Shown in pieces: positions 1 through 15,151 of a stretch of 64,000 nt of DNA. Under the pieces are notes generated by a model. The model was not told the DNA's origin. It saw nothing but the letters and a program-made list of their open reading frames with translations, and made no database searches. The translations under genes were made by a program, and so were the position numbers. Each line of letters begins with the position of its first letter. The first letter of the stretch is position 1. This stretch comes from the human T2T-CHM13v2.0 reference genome, Homo sapiens. Location: NCBI RefSeq assembly GCF_009914755.1, contig NC_060947.1; one strand, given 5' to 3'.

Positions 1-1518
1 CCATTTAAGAATCTGTAGAATTAGGCAAAGAGTAGTGTAAAAAGTTCAAGAAGAACTAGACTTCATGAGGATTTCGATGAAGCCCTGCTTCTTTCATTTT
101 TAATTTTTGAAGTAGGATTCAGAAAAGTTTAGACACTGGCCAGAAGTCACACAACATTAGTCAAGGTGCAGCCAGAGATTGGAGCCTGTGCCTAGGTTCC
201 CCCAATTATGAAGGTAACAGGCAGCGGTAAAGGGTGGTAGACTTCCCCTGGAGATGTTCAGCTTATATTCCTTCATGGAGTTGTTGAGCCAGCAGACTGA
301 GATAAAAGATGCAATAGGATTTTAAAAGAAAGTTCAGTTTTGGGAGGAGTCTAAGACCCTCTATGAGGCCCCACCTCTGCTAATAAAAGGATGTCCAAAT
401 CTTTTGAGAATTCACCATTTTGGTCTCAAAATTGAAAGAAAATGGCCCTATTTGATCCTGGGAGTTGTGGCATCTATGGAGGCAGACAACACTTCGAGTA
501 GGTATCCCCACAGTGTCTCTACAGAACCTGTGACAGAGACCTCTGGGGCCCATGGTAGGAGAAGTTTCCCAGGATGTGAATGCAGAAGAGCCATGTGTCA
601 CTGAAGATGGTCACACACAGGGATAGAGAGAATAGGACTGTGGAAATCAGGAAGAAGGTGGGGTATGTGGTAGGTGACAGAAACAGCAGGTCCCCCGTTC
701 AAGGCCAGCTTGCTCCCTTTGGCTCTCAACTCCACATCCCCCTGTAGCATAGGGAGTAAGGCTAGGTTTATATTCTGAAGGGCAGTCTTTTCCCCCTGCC
801 CTGTATTTTGGAGGTCTATGGAGGCAGTTGATCTACCTTCCATCATATAGAATGTGGCACAGCTGGGAACATTGATCTTAATATCCCCATTTGTTCCTGT
901 CCAGGCTTCAAGCCTGCTAAACTCAGTACGGACTCAAATAGTCAAAAACTGCATGTTGTGGGTGTGTGTGGGAGGGTGGTGGGGGTGGGGGTGCTGGACA
1001 GACCTTATTAAACACACTCCCATTAATCTCTACCTCACCTTACCTGGCCCGCTTACCTGCTTATGTCAGCCCAGAACATATACACCCAGAAGAGTGGAGA
1101 CTAGTGCTGGTGGAACAGGGAATGCCCCTCCATGTCCACCTCTACCACTGGCAGTTCATGCATCAGAAAATCTTTCCAGAGGAGTCACGATGTGACAGTG
1201 TCAAATCATAGATTCCTTTAAATCCAACCCCTTCTCTGGCTCTAGATGGAGTGAGAAAAGAATCAGCTATGCTTGGCCAGTCTTGGGTGTATATTTGGAG
1301 GAAACTCAATGGTCAAAATGCCCCCATGGCATGTGTGGAAGGCATGAGGGTAAAGGGTTTGAACAGAGCAAAGGCAGCAAGGGCAAGAGGCTGAGAACAT
1401 TATGGACAAAACGAATCATCCTCCTGAATGGATGAGGAGAGGAACTGATATGTGGGGCCCCCTCAGGGGCCTGATAACCTGTGGAGGAGAAAGGGAAGGA
1501 GGTTGGGGATTAAGAAGT

Positions 1519-2093
1519 TATATTAGTTTTCTATTACTGCCATAACAGATTATCACAAATTTAGAAGATTTAAATAATACCCACTTATTAGCTTACAGTT
1601 TTGTATGTCAGAAGTCTAGGAGGGCTTACCTGAGTTCTCTGTTTAGGGTTTCAAAAGTCAAGTGTCAGCCAGGCTCAGCTCTTACATAGGGCTTCTGGGG
1701 AAGACTCCACTACCAAGCTCATTCAAGTTGTTGGTAGAATTGCTGAGATTCTTGTCTCCTTGCTGGCTGTTAGCCAGGAGCTATGCTCTATTCCTAGTTG
1801 AGTTTGCTGGCATTCCTTCTCAAGTGTCCCCCCTCCATCTTCAAAGCTAGCAATTTTACATAGAGTCCCTATTGTACCTAAGATTTTTTCTGACTTCCCT
1901 CTCTTCTGCAACTCGAGAAAGCTTTCTGCTTTTCAGTGCCCATGTGATTAGGTCAGGCCCACCTGAATAATCTCCCTATTTTGTGGTCAACTGAGCCATA
2001 TAATGTAACATTACCACAGAAGTAATATCCTGTTCACAGGTTCTGGAGATGAGAATGGGGGCATTTGGGGGGTCATTTTAGAATTTCTGCTAC
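1519..2093 (-). mobile_element. MaLR solo LTR (MLT1 family)
   Basis: tatattagttttctattactgccataacagattatcacaaatttag...ggtcattttagaatttctgctaca is typical of MLT1. Confidence 0.75.
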
Positions 2094-2949
2094 AAGAGTG
2101 TTTATGGAGTTGGAGGGCAGGGACTTAGTATTTCACTAGGAACACCAAGCTCCAAAGACTCACCCCATATTCTTAGCCAAATCATGGTCTAGAACCTTAA
2201 ACTTTGGTTGGAGAGATAGGCGTAGGGATAAGATGATGGGCATACCCTGTTAATGGTAATCTCTTAATAATTTGTGGTCTAGGTGGTGATGTTGGGCCTC
2301 AGAAACTGAACTACAATGACTAGGGGTGAGGACAGAAGGTCCTTAAGATTCTGGGACTTAAGATTTTCCCATCCCCAAGCCTTCTAAAAACAGAGTATGC
2401 AGAGCTGTCCTCCCCACCTGGCCACCTACATGGAAATATTATTCACCCCTCTGGAATTTCATGATAAGACCTATGTGGTAGGGACATTTCTGATGTCTCT
2501 CCAGGCTCACTCATGTCTCAGTCACATTAAACAACCTAGCGATATGATGAATAACAACTGCGGGTTTGCCCGTGGATGGTTCAGGACAGAGCCAGGAGCA
2601 ATGCGGAAGCCAACAGGAAAATGAGGTCTGATATCTAACTCTGGTTTTCTAGAGGGAGGAGAGTTTCCTTGGAGAAGGGAAAGAAAGTAGCCAGGCCTCT
2701 GTTGTCTGGTGGGAGGAAGGTACACTGAATCTGGAGCTCCTCATAGCAGTGTTCTTAACCTTGGCAGTCTGGGTTGTGTTACTGTCAAAGTTTCTGCAGG
2801 ATGCCCATGCTCAATGACAGATAAATAATTAACAAGAGGAGGCTGTGGCCTGGCCTAGGTAGTTGTGCCCTGGTAACCCATACTCCCTTGGTTTTACCCT
2901 CTAGAGCTTTCTCACCCAGCCGTCTGCTAGCATATGGAGTTGATGTTGA

Positions 2950-3286
<337 letters not shown>

Positions 3287-4189
3287 CTAACTGCTTCTTA
3301 AGCAGACTTCCAACCAATCCTTTTTTTTAGGTCTCATCTTTACCCTCCTACCACTTCTAGAGGGAACCCCTGCCTCTAATCCTTTCCTATGAGGAGCTGA
3401 CAAATTTTCAAATCTCCACCCCATTAACAAATCTCCCTTGTTCCTTCTCTCAATTCCTCATTCACCCTCATTCATCATCATCATTCATCCTTTCATAACC
3501 CATTCCCTGCTTCCCCACGGATGAAGACTCACTCCATTCTCTTGGCAATCTTCCAGGCCATATCAGTTGAGCTGGACCTTATCCAAGTATATATTGGACA
3601 CATGCAGGCTGGAAGTCTTAACCCGCTGTTTGATCTTGAATATTGGCTGCATAAACAGACATAAACAACTGGCTGTTGACATGACATTTTTCCTTTGAGC
3701 AGGGAGGGCAGGGAGGGTGGATGAAGATTGGGAGGATGGTACCACAGCTGGAGAGAAAAGGGCTGTTGTCATCCACTTACTGAGTACAAGGAAGAGTATC
3801 TTTCTTTACCCTTTTGCCTTTTTAAATTTTGCTTACTCTTTTTACCTGGGCTAGTAGGAAGCTAAGAGCCATATTGAATGATTAAAAAAATTTTTGAGGA
3901 AAATTTATTGTGTACCAACACTATACAAGATGCTTTTGGCCTGAGCTATTTCATCTGAGTCTGCTGCCAACATAAGGAGGGACAAATTAATCCCCACCCT
4001 CACCCTGTACGCTCTGGCTGAGTCCCGAACATCAGCACCTTCAATGTCACCCACTGCTGGTGCCTTTGACTGTTTTACACATGAGAAAGTGGGGAACTCT
4101 TCTTCTTCACTGATATAACAATAAGATCGCTATAATTTGAATAAAATACTAGTTATGTGTGATAATTATTCCTATCAATACCCATGAAA

Positions 4190-4400
4190 GTAGTAGCGGT
4201 TAAGAGAAAGGAACCTGGACTCAAACTGGTTGTGGGACCTCAAGCAAGGCATTTAACCTCTGTCTCAGTTTGCTCAAATTAAATTGGGTATATTTATAAC
4301 ATCTGTCTTATAAGGTTGTTGTGAGGATTAAATGAGTCAATGAATGTAAAGCACTTAAAGCAGTGCTTAATACACAGTGAGGAGTTAAGAAACTGTACTA
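4190..4400. mobile_element. MIR
   Basis: MIR core gcaaggcatttaacctctgtctcagtttgctc...gttgtgaggattaaatgag...tgtaaagcactta. Confidence 0.75.
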
Positions 4401-4508
4401 TTATTATCATCATTACTATCATTATTACTACTATTTACCAGCTTATAAATCACTTAAACTTGACAAAAACCCTGTAAGGTGTAAATTTCTCCCTAATTTA
4501 CAAGAAAC

Positions 4509-4612
4509 TCTCATTCCTCACAGTAGCATTAATTCCAATTATAGTACTAACAAATGCAAATCTCAATCCTCACAGTAGCATTAATTGCAATTATAGTACT
4601 AGCAAATGCAAA
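4509..4612. repeat. Tandem duplication, 52-bp unit x2
   Basis: tctcattcctcacagtagcattaattccaattatagtactaacaaatgcaaa repeated with 3 mismatches. Confidence 0.9.
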
Positions 4613-6274
4613 TAATAATAGAAATAACAGTGATGCTTCATAATTATGTCCATTTTACAGATGCATGCCAAGATTATCAGGAGTGATATTAATTATGATT
4701 ATGCTATCAATAGAGTATGTTACTGATATTCCAAAATCATCTTAATTTAACAGGTAAGAGCAGATAAAACAATTATTCTTATATTGGTATCCATTATTAG
4801 GATAGTTACCAAAATAACATTAGCAATAATAATAATGATAACGTTAACTAGGTAATATAATTTTGCCATTTCCCAGAGTGGAAAACACCATACCAGCAGT
4901 ACCAGGAATGGCAGTTACTATGGTTTTTTTAAAAAAAATACTGTATTCAAATACTGCAAATAACTGCATTAACATTTTACCTCACTTATTCTGATTCTGA
5001 CAAGATGAAAGGGTAATATCAGGATTCCTTTAACAGCATATAACTAATTTGTTATTAACTATATTTATTAGTAAATTATTAATTAAAACTGTGCTGTACT
5101 TACTGTAATACTTGTAATGATTATGATATACATAACAATACATAATATATAATGATATTGATTATAACGATTAATGGTATGACCATTTAGTTATGACCTG
5201 AATTATAATAATTGATGCTGTAAAGGTGAAATTATTAAATAATATAATAATAACGTAAACACAAATAATAATGGGTGCAGAGTAATTATACTCAGTTAAC
5301 AAAAAGTAAAGCGTAATAGAAACTTTCCTGGTAGTACTTCCTGGTTAACTAATATTATAATATTATGATATTAATGTAACCACCAATAATAGTATTAAGG
5401 ATATACTAGAATTAGGCCCCTTTCACTGCAGAGACAGTCAGTACATGGGCACAGTTAAATATATTTAATCCTCTAACATCAACCTAAATGCATATAGTAA
5501 CATGGAATATCCTGTAACTACACCCATTTCCCAGAGGGAAAAAGGTGAGGCCAGCATACTGGGTAGTTATTAGGGCACTAACACTACAGAGACACAAGTT
5601 ATACTCAGGAAGTATGCTATATGTGGCCATTTCCCAGCAGGAAAGTCTGGGACAGCTTGGCCATGGGTGATGCCCCTTGATCAGCCTCATAATGCCATAC
5701 TTCTCATTCACCCCAATGCATGCCCCCAGTCCTGGCCCCGAGAAGCTTTCCAGGATCACCGGCATCCTGAGAGCCCCAGTCTTACCTCAGCCTTCATCCA
5801 CAGAGCATGCTGCCTTCCGAAGGTCATTGTCAACTGGCACCTCCACTGTGCCAGTTGCATAAGCACTTCCTCCTCAAGGGCACCTACTGACATGTACTCC
5901 CAGGTACCCCACAGCAACACCACCCCATCCACCTGTGGGGAGAGAAGGGGGGTGGGGCTGCTTCTGGGGGCAAGCAAGGAGGAGTCCTCCCTCTTTCATT
6001 ACCACCCCTCCTTGACATTAACCTGGGTGAGGCCATAGTTCACCAGGTGGACTATGTGAATGAATTTGCAGGGTGGAGGAAGTGCTCAGGGTCTGGGAGC
6101 TGCTGCTTGAGATGATGAAGGAGGGGTTTTAACCCACTGATCCCTTTGTCCAATCAGATCTGGAATTAATCCAAGAATCAGTAAATTTCCCTTACTCCCA
6201 ACCTATTTGAACAGATACATGAAGAACACTAGCTATCAGTGAGTCATGTAGCTATCTGAGGGAACAGTGTATAG

Positions 6275-6805
6275 CAGGGGTCTTCAACCTCCTGGACCAC
6301 AGACTGTGGCCTGGTACCAGTCTGTGTCCTGCTAGGAACCAGGCCACACAGCAGGAGGTGACTGGCAGGTGAGCCAGTGAAGCTTCATTTGTATTTACAG
6401 CCACTCCCCAATTGCTCTCATTACTGCCTGAGCTCTGCCTCCTGTCAGATCAGGGACAGCATTAGATTCTCATAGGAGCACAAACCCTGTTGTGAACTGT
6501 GCATGCCAGGGATCTAGATTGCATGCTCCTTATTAGAATTTAATGCCTGATGATCTGTCACTGTCTCCTATCACCCCCAGATGGGACCATCTAGTTGCAG
6601 GAAAACAAGCTCAGGTCCCACTGATTCTACATTATGGTGAGTTGTATAATTATTTTATTATATATTACAATGTAACAATAATAAAAATGAAGTGCACAAT
6701 AAATGTAATGCCCTAGAATCATCCCCAAACCATCTCCTCCCCCAATCCCTAGAAAAATCGTCTTCCATGAAACCAGTCTCTGGTGCCAAAAATTGGGGAC
6801 TGCTG
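6275..6805. mobile_element. MER1A-like hAT/Charlie non-autonomous DNA transposon
   Basis: Termini caggggtc...ggggactgctg, about 530 bp, with the MER1 internal motif gcattagattctcataggagc. Confidence 0.8.
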
Positions 6806-9207
6806 TGTAGAACTAGGCATGGGGCACAGCCATTGCAAAGGCCTGTAGGCTAGAAGCTGCTTTACTGGTTTTATGAACTCTCTGAATGGCCCTAGAATGT
6901 ACAAATTTGTGTGACAAATAATAAAAATACGTACCAACTAACAAAGCTTTTCCCAACCCTATCTGGCTCTACTCCCTCTTTTAAGTATAATTACAATTTT
7001 ATATAAGAAATGTTTATGTTTATAATATTTTATATAAGAAATATACTAGGATGAATCATACAAAATTGTCAATATTTGAACTTTCTAAACAATTTACCTT
7101 TCTTGATACATAACAACTGTGTGTATTTATGGGGTACATGTGATACTTTGTTATATGCATAGGCTGTGTAATGATCAAGTCAGGGTATTTAGGATATCCA
7201 TCACCTCATGTTTTTATCATTTTGATGTGTTGGACACATTTTAAGTCCACACTTCTAGCTATTTTGAAATACAAAATACATTGTTTTTAGCTATAGTCAC
7301 CTTATTCTGCTATGAAAAATTAGATCTTGTTTCTTCTATCTAACCATATGTTTATACCTATTAACCAATCTCTCACCTCGCCCCACATACACCCTTCCCC
7401 AACTCTGGTAACTATCATTCTACTTGCTACCTCCATCGAGACCAATTCTTTTAGCTCCCAATAGGAGTGAGAACATGTGACGTTTGACATTCTGTGACTG
7501 GCTTATTTAACTTAATGACCTCCAGTTTCATCCATGTTTCTGCAAATGACAGGATTTCATTCCTTTTTATGACCACAGAGTATTTCATTGTGTATAGATA
7601 CCAAATTTTCTTTATCCAGTCATCTGTTGATGAATACTTAGGTTGATTCCATATATTTACTATTGTGAATAGTGCTGCAATTTACATAGCAATGCAAGTA
7701 TCCCTTTAATATACGGATTCCCTTTCCTTAGGATAAATAACCAGTAGTGGGATTGCCAGATTGTATGGTAGCTCTGTTTTTAGTTTCTTTTTGTTTTGTG
7801 TTTTTTCTTTGGTAAATTGCCATACTGTTTTCCATAATGGCTGTATTAACTTACATTCCTACCAACGGTGTATAAGAGTTTCCTTTTCTCTGCATCCTTG
7901 CCAGCATCTATTATATTTTTCTTTTTGATGATAGCCGTCCTAATTAGGGCAAGATGATATCTCACTGTGGTTTTGATTTGCATTTCCCTGATGATTAGTG
8001 ATATTGAGCATTTTTCATATATCTGTTAGCCATTTATATGTCTTCTTTTGAGAAGTGTCTATTTGTGTCTTTTGCCCACTTTTCAATGGAGTTATGTTTT
8101 TTTCTTACTGAGTTGTTTGAGTTCCTTGTGTATTCTGGATTAACTAGTCTCCTATCAGATTAATAATTTATAAATATTTTCTCCCATTCAACAGGTTATC
8201 TCTTTACTCTATTGATTATTACTTCTACTGTGAAGGAGTTTTTTAATTTAATCAAGTTCTATTTGTCTACTTTTGTTCTTACTGTCTATGTTTTAGAGGT
8301 CTTAGCCATAAATTCTTTGCCTAGACTAATGCCCAGGAGAGTTTTCCTTAGGTCATCTCTTAGTATTTTTAGTTTCAGGTCTTACATTTAAGTCTCTAAT
8401 CCTTGTTGAGTTTCTCCTTGTATTTGGTAAGAGATAGGAATTCAGTTTTATTCTGCATGTGGCTATCCAATTTTCCCAGCACCATTTATTGAAGAGGGTG
8501 TTCTTTTCCCAATATAAGTTCCTGTTGGCTTTGTCAAAGATCATTTGTCTTTAAATATGTAGTTTTATTCCTGGGTTCTCTCTTCTGTTCCATTGGTCTG
8601 TGTGTCTATTTGTATACCAGTGTCATGCTGTTTTGGTTACTGTGGCTTTGTAATATATTTTGAAATCACGTAATGTGATGCCTGCAGCTTTGTTCTTTTT
8701 GCTCAGGATTGCTTTGGCTATTTCAGCTCATTTTTGGGTTCATATGAGTTTTTGGGTTGTTATTTCTAATTCTGTAAAGAATGATGTCAGTATTTTGATA
8801 AGGATTATATTGAATCTGTAGATTGCTTTGGGCAATATGTTTATTTTAACGATATTAATTCTTCTGATCCATGAGCATAGGATGTTTATCTATTTGTTTC
8901 TGTCACCTTCAATTTCTTTCAACAGTGTTTTACAGTTTTCCTTGTAGAGATCTTTTACCTCCTTGTTTAAATTTATTCCTAGGTATTTTTTTTTTTTTGT
9001 AAATATAGTGAGTGGGATTGCTTTCTTGATTTTTTTTTTTGCCTAGGTCATTATTGATGTATAAAAATGCTAAATTTTGCACACCGATTGCGTAACCTGT
9101 AACTTTACTGGATTAATTGATCAAATCAAAGAGTTTTAGTGGAGTCTTTAGGTTTTTTTAGATATTAGATTTTATCATCAGCAAAAAGGGACAGTTTTAC
9201 TTCCTCA

Positions 9208-9635
<428 letters not shown>

Positions 9636-11035
9636 AAAAGTGGGTATCCTTGTCTTGTTCCAGATTTTAGAGGAAAGGCTTTCAACTTTTCCCCATTCAG
9701 TATGTTGTCAACTGTGGTTTTGTCATATATGGCCTTTACCTTTATTAATTTGAGATGTGTTCCTTCTTTGCCTAGTTTGTTGACTGTTTTTCATCATAAA
9801 GAGATGTTGAGTTTTATCAAATGCTTTTTTCTGCATTTATTGAGACAATCATATGGCTTTTGTCCTTCAGTCTGTTGATGTGTCGTATCATGTTTATTGA
9901 TCTGCATATGTTGAACCATCCTTGCATCCCTGATATAAATCCCACTTGATCTCAGTGTATTATCTTTTTGATGTGCTGTTGGATTTCATTGTCTAGTAGT
10001 TTGTTGAGGATTTTTATGTCTATGTTCATCAGATATATTGGCTTGTAGTTTTGTTGTGTCCTTGTCTGGTTTTGCTATCAGTGTGATGCTGGCCTCATAG
10101 AATGAGTTAGGGAGAATTCCATCCTCTTTGGTTTTCTTGGAATAGTTTCAGGAGGATTGGTATTAGTTCTTCTTTTTATGTTTGATACAATTCAGCTGCA
10201 AATCTATCTGTTCCTGGGGTTTTCTTTTTTGGGAAACTTTTTATTAATGATGCAATTGTGCTACTCATTATTGTTCTATTCAGGTTTTCTATTTCTTCCT
10301 GATTTAGTCTTGGTAGCTTGTATGTTTCCAGGACTTTATGTATTTCCTCTAGGTTTTACAGTTTGTGAGCATACAGTTATTCATAATAGTCTCTGATAAT
10401 CTTTTGTGTTTCTGTGGTATCAGTTGTAATGTCCCTCACTTTATTTCTGATTTTGAGTTTTCTCTCTTCTTGGTTAGTATAGCTAGTGGTTTATCAATTT
10501 TGTTTATCTTTTCAAAAATCCAACTTTTCATTTTGTTGATCCTTTGTATTATTTCTTAGTTTCTATTTCACTTAGTTCTGTTCTGATCTTTTTATTTCTT
10601 TCCTTCTGCTAATTTGGGGCTTGGCTTGTTCTTGCTTTTTAGTTCCTTGAGGTGTATTGTTAGGTTGTTCATTTGGCATCTTTCTACTTTTTTGATGTAG
10701 GTGTTTACTACTATAAACTTCTTAGTACTTCTTTTGCTGTATCCCGTAGGTTTTGGTATGTTGTCTTTTCATTTTTATTTGTTTCAAGAAATTTTTTATT
10801 TCCTTCTTAATTTCTTCACTAACACAGTGGTTGTTCAGGAGCATTTGAACAACTTCATGCATTTGTACAACTTCCAAAGTTCCTCTTGTTTATTTTTTGT
10901 TTTATTCTATTGTGGTCTGAGAAGATATTTGAGGTGGTTTTAACTTTTAAAAAAATATGTTGAGCCTTTGTTTTGTGGCCTAACATACCATCTATCCTGG
11001 AGAATTTTCAATGTGATGATAAGAATGTATGTTCT

Positions 11036-11345
<310 letters not shown>

Positions 11346-13619
11346 AGAATGTATATTCTGCAGGTGTTAGATAAAGTCATCTGTAAATGTTTGTTAGATC
11401 CATTTGTTTAAGGTCCTATTTCAATCCAATATTTCTTTGTTGATATTTTGGTCTAGATGATCTGTCTAATGCTGAGATTGGGGTGTTGAAATCCCCCTCA
11501 TTCTTATATAGGAGTCTATCTCTTCCTTTAGATCTAATAATATTTTCTTTGTATATCTGGGTGCTCTGGTGTTGGGTGTATATGTATTCAGAATTATTAT
11601 ATCCTTTTACTGAATTGATCCCTTTATCATTTTATAATGACCTTCTTTATCTCTTTTTATTGTTTTTGACTTAAAATCTGTTTTATATGATGAAAATGCA
11701 GCTATTCCTGCTCACTTTTGGTTTCTGTTTGCATGGAATACCTTTTCCATCCTTTTACTTTGTCTATGTCTTTATATGTGAAGCGAGTTTCTTGTAGGCA
11801 GCACGTAGTTGGGTCATGTATTTTTTTATACATTCAACCAGTCTTTATCTTTTAAGTGGAAATTTTAATTTGTTTATAATCAAGGTTATTATTGATAAGT
11901 GAGTATTCCTGTCATTTTATTAATTGTTTTCTGGTTGTTTTGTATGTGTCTTGGTCTTTTGTTTCTCTCTTACTGTTTATCATTGCTGTTTGTTGGTTTT
12001 CTATAGTGGCAGCAGTGGGACAGACAGATGGATAGGATCTTGGACTCCTGGCCAGCATGTGTGGCATCAGCAATAATAGTAGTGGTGATGGGACAACACT
12101 TGGACTCCCTGGCAGCACTCACTATTGTTAGCAAGGATGGGAGGACAGTCTGCAGCCCCCAGCTGGGTGCATGCAGGTGGGTGCAGGTAGTGGGGATAGT
12201 GGCAGGCTGGGTGGGCTCATCCTCGGGTCTCTGGTAGGAATGCATAGATGCCAGCAAGGGTGGACTGGGCATGGTGGTCCCTAGGTGCCTGCATGGCATC
12301 CTCGGCACTGTGGCGAGTGGAGGGTGGTGTTTCAGACTGGGTGGGCCTATCTCTAGGTCCCCCAGTGGTGCACATGGGCACAGATTGTGATAGGCAGGGC
12401 AGGATGACCCACTGTGGTGGGTGCAGAGAGCCTAATGTCAGAGTGCATGAAGCACACAGTGGTTCTGTTGCTGTAGGATGGGCGGTGGGGAGTAGGCGGG
12501 GGGGCAATGGTTGGTGTTACTTGGAGCAACTCCAAGCCAGTGGGCAGCTTTCAGGCTTTGGAGAATATTTGTTGTGGCCTCTGGTGGCAGCAGCAGCAGC
12601 AGTTGTATGCAGGGAAAGCCTGTCCTCATGGTGTGTTAGTGCACAGCAGCCATGCTACTTTGGGGATAGAGGTTGCTGTCAATGGCAGCATCCCCAGGCA
12701 AGTGGGTGGCTTTCAGGCCCTGGGGAGCACATGCTTCAACGTCTAGTTGTGGCAGGAGTCACAGGTGTGGTGGCAGCAGTGTGTGGGGAGAACTTGTCAT
12801 CAAGTCACATGCTAGTGTGCAATGGCCCTGCTGCTGGTGTGGGCAGGGTTTCTGTCAACAGCTTCAGATAGGCAGCTCTCAGGTTTTAGGGAGCATGTGC
12901 TTTGGCTCTCTTTGTCCCAGGGGCAGTCTCCCTGACATGTTACACTGCTCTGTTTCCTGGAGTATAGGAATCTGTAGGGGCTAGAATGTTGGGAACCCTG
13001 CCACACTGCCAGGCCCAGCTGGCATTGCACCACTGAAGCTCTCCAGGTGAATGCAGCTGGATGTAACTGGGGCTCCAGGGGTTTGGAGATGCAGGGACTA
13101 ATGTCAGCACAGAATCCAGTCTCTTGAGGGCTGGCTCTCAACATGGCACCATGGCACAGTTTCTTAGGTCTCAGGGGATGTCTGGGATCCAGGATTAGCT
13201 AGCACCCTCTGTGGAGCAAGCTGTCACATGGTCTCCTGGAAGCTCCTTACATTAGTGCCAGGTTCCGGGAAGATTCAGGGTCTCTCCTATGGCTAGGGTT
13301 GCAGGAGATCATGGTGGGAATGTGGACTGCTGGGGTCACTCACTTACCCTTCCCCCACATTGGAGAGTCTCTCCAGGCTTCCAGCCTATCCTAGCCAAGC
13401 AAGCGGCCTCACTTTCCTTTCCATCCTTTTCTTAGGTGTTTCCTGTCACTTCTTTGTTGAAATTCAGCATTCTCTCTTAGGTGTTCTCTTTGAAGTGTAA
13501 TTATGTACTATTTTGGTTCTTCTTTGTGGAGGAGGTGAGTGTTTGATACCTCTAGTAAGCCATCTTGAATCCTTCCTGAATATTTGCCTTTTTAACTTAA
13601 AAAAAATTTCATATAATTA

Positions 13620-13970
13620 AACTATTGCAGTTGACATATAAATGTAATTATATATATTTAATTATAACAATATGTATTATATACATTATATAACAACATA
13701 AAATATTTGAAGAGCACATGATATAAATACACATTTATAAATTATGAATATAATATGCAATTGAATACATTTAAATAATATAATTTATAAAATATGAATA
13801 TGTTGTACAATCTGTAAAATATTGGAATATAAGTTATTATAATATAGCATATACCAAGTATACATATGATAATGGTATATAGTATTATTACTGTATACTA
13901 TACATGTATTATTTCGTAGTATTATGTAAAATGAATATGTTTGAAAATATAGGTTAGAATATTTCATAAT
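13620..13970. repeat. AT-rich low-complexity tract
   Basis: Degenerate (TA)-rich sequence. Confidence 0.7.
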
Positions 13971-15151
13971 GCCCTTTTACTGTCATGAAGTGAAATTTAT
14001 AGGTAATATGACTCACCTATGACCTAAATTTGAAAAAAAATGTAATGAATTTAATATAAAGATGAAATATAAGTAATTTAGTTTGAACTAATATGTATTA
14101 TATGTAAAGGCTTGAGAGGTACAGTAGAATAATTAACAAAATAAGTATATAATTAACATAAGCAGTAGTAGTGGTAGCAGTAGGAATAGGAAAGCCTTAC
14201 TGAGCATTATCTGTGTGTCAGTCCCTGTTCTAAGTACTTTCAGGTGTGTGATCACCTTTACGTACACTCTCTTAGACGTCAGTTGACTGGAACACATCTC
14301 AGAAGAACCTTCAGTTAACTGACATTTATTCCCACCTACACCCTCTCCCTTGTAAGACAAGCTTTTAGTCACTAATATCTTTTTTTCAAGATACTTATCT
14401 ATGTATATAAGAGCCTAAACTTGAAATAAATAGTGGTTATCTCAAGGCAGGGGTTTGATATGAGGAATGAGGATAGGACTGTGTGTGCTGAATAAAGGAG
14501 ACATTAGCTATATCTGCAATGTTTTATTTCTTTAATAAAACAAAGCTATTGAAAGTGAATTGGAAAAAAGTTAGCATTATTAATTTTGAATGATGAAATC
14601 CTGAGAATTTTTAATATTATTCATTTTAGTTCTCTGTTAACATTGAAATTTTAAAAAATAATAAAGAAAATCACCAGGAGACTTTCCAAGTGATCACATA
14701 TGCAGCTTATCTTCCCAACCTTGAAACTCACCAACTCAGATAATCCATTTTACCGGTACTGGGTTAGAACTTGTCTGGTTTAGCACCTTCATTTCTTTAA
14801 GGAGTAGAAACTGGCTTTCCTTAAATTGGGTATCTTGTTAATGAGGCAGAGGTGGAAAGATAACTCAGATTTTCTGATCTCCAGCCAGCTCTCTACTATT
14901 TTCAGTACCTTGGCATTTGGGTCCAGGATGATGACCTCAAAAGCCTGACATATCTTCAGTCAAGCCACAAGGATTTTATTCGCTTCACAATTCTCTACTT
15001 ATTGGGACAGAAAAGTGGATTCAGATGTTTTAGAAAAGATTTCTGAAAATCCAAAGGTTAATTTCCAGCTAATGTGAAAATTAGTTAACCAAAGCAGTTC
15101 ACTCCACTAGCCCTTAATTATGTGAGTTATCGCAGGATGAGAATTTATGGA

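Noticed and set aside
1044-1241. Resemblance of FWVYMFWADIS to TEAD (FFLVKFWADLN) and of MHELPV to JmjC domains
   Set aside because: Isolated short matches; flanking motifs do not follow in order or spacing, so no family is assigned.
3776-3790. Strong minus-strand donor TCA|gtaagt just upstream of the fossil exon at 3747
   Set aside because: It would give a 33-nt intron, too short for mammalian splicing.
4400-5440. AT-rich tract with short repeats as a possible array or CRISPR-like structure
   Set aside because: Eukaryotic low-complexity intron sequence with one tandem duplication; no repeat-spacer periodicity.
11912-13144. Cluster of overlapping ORFs up to 207 aa
   Set aside because: They lie in the GC-rich, internally repetitive 5' region of an old L1, with no protein-like signal.
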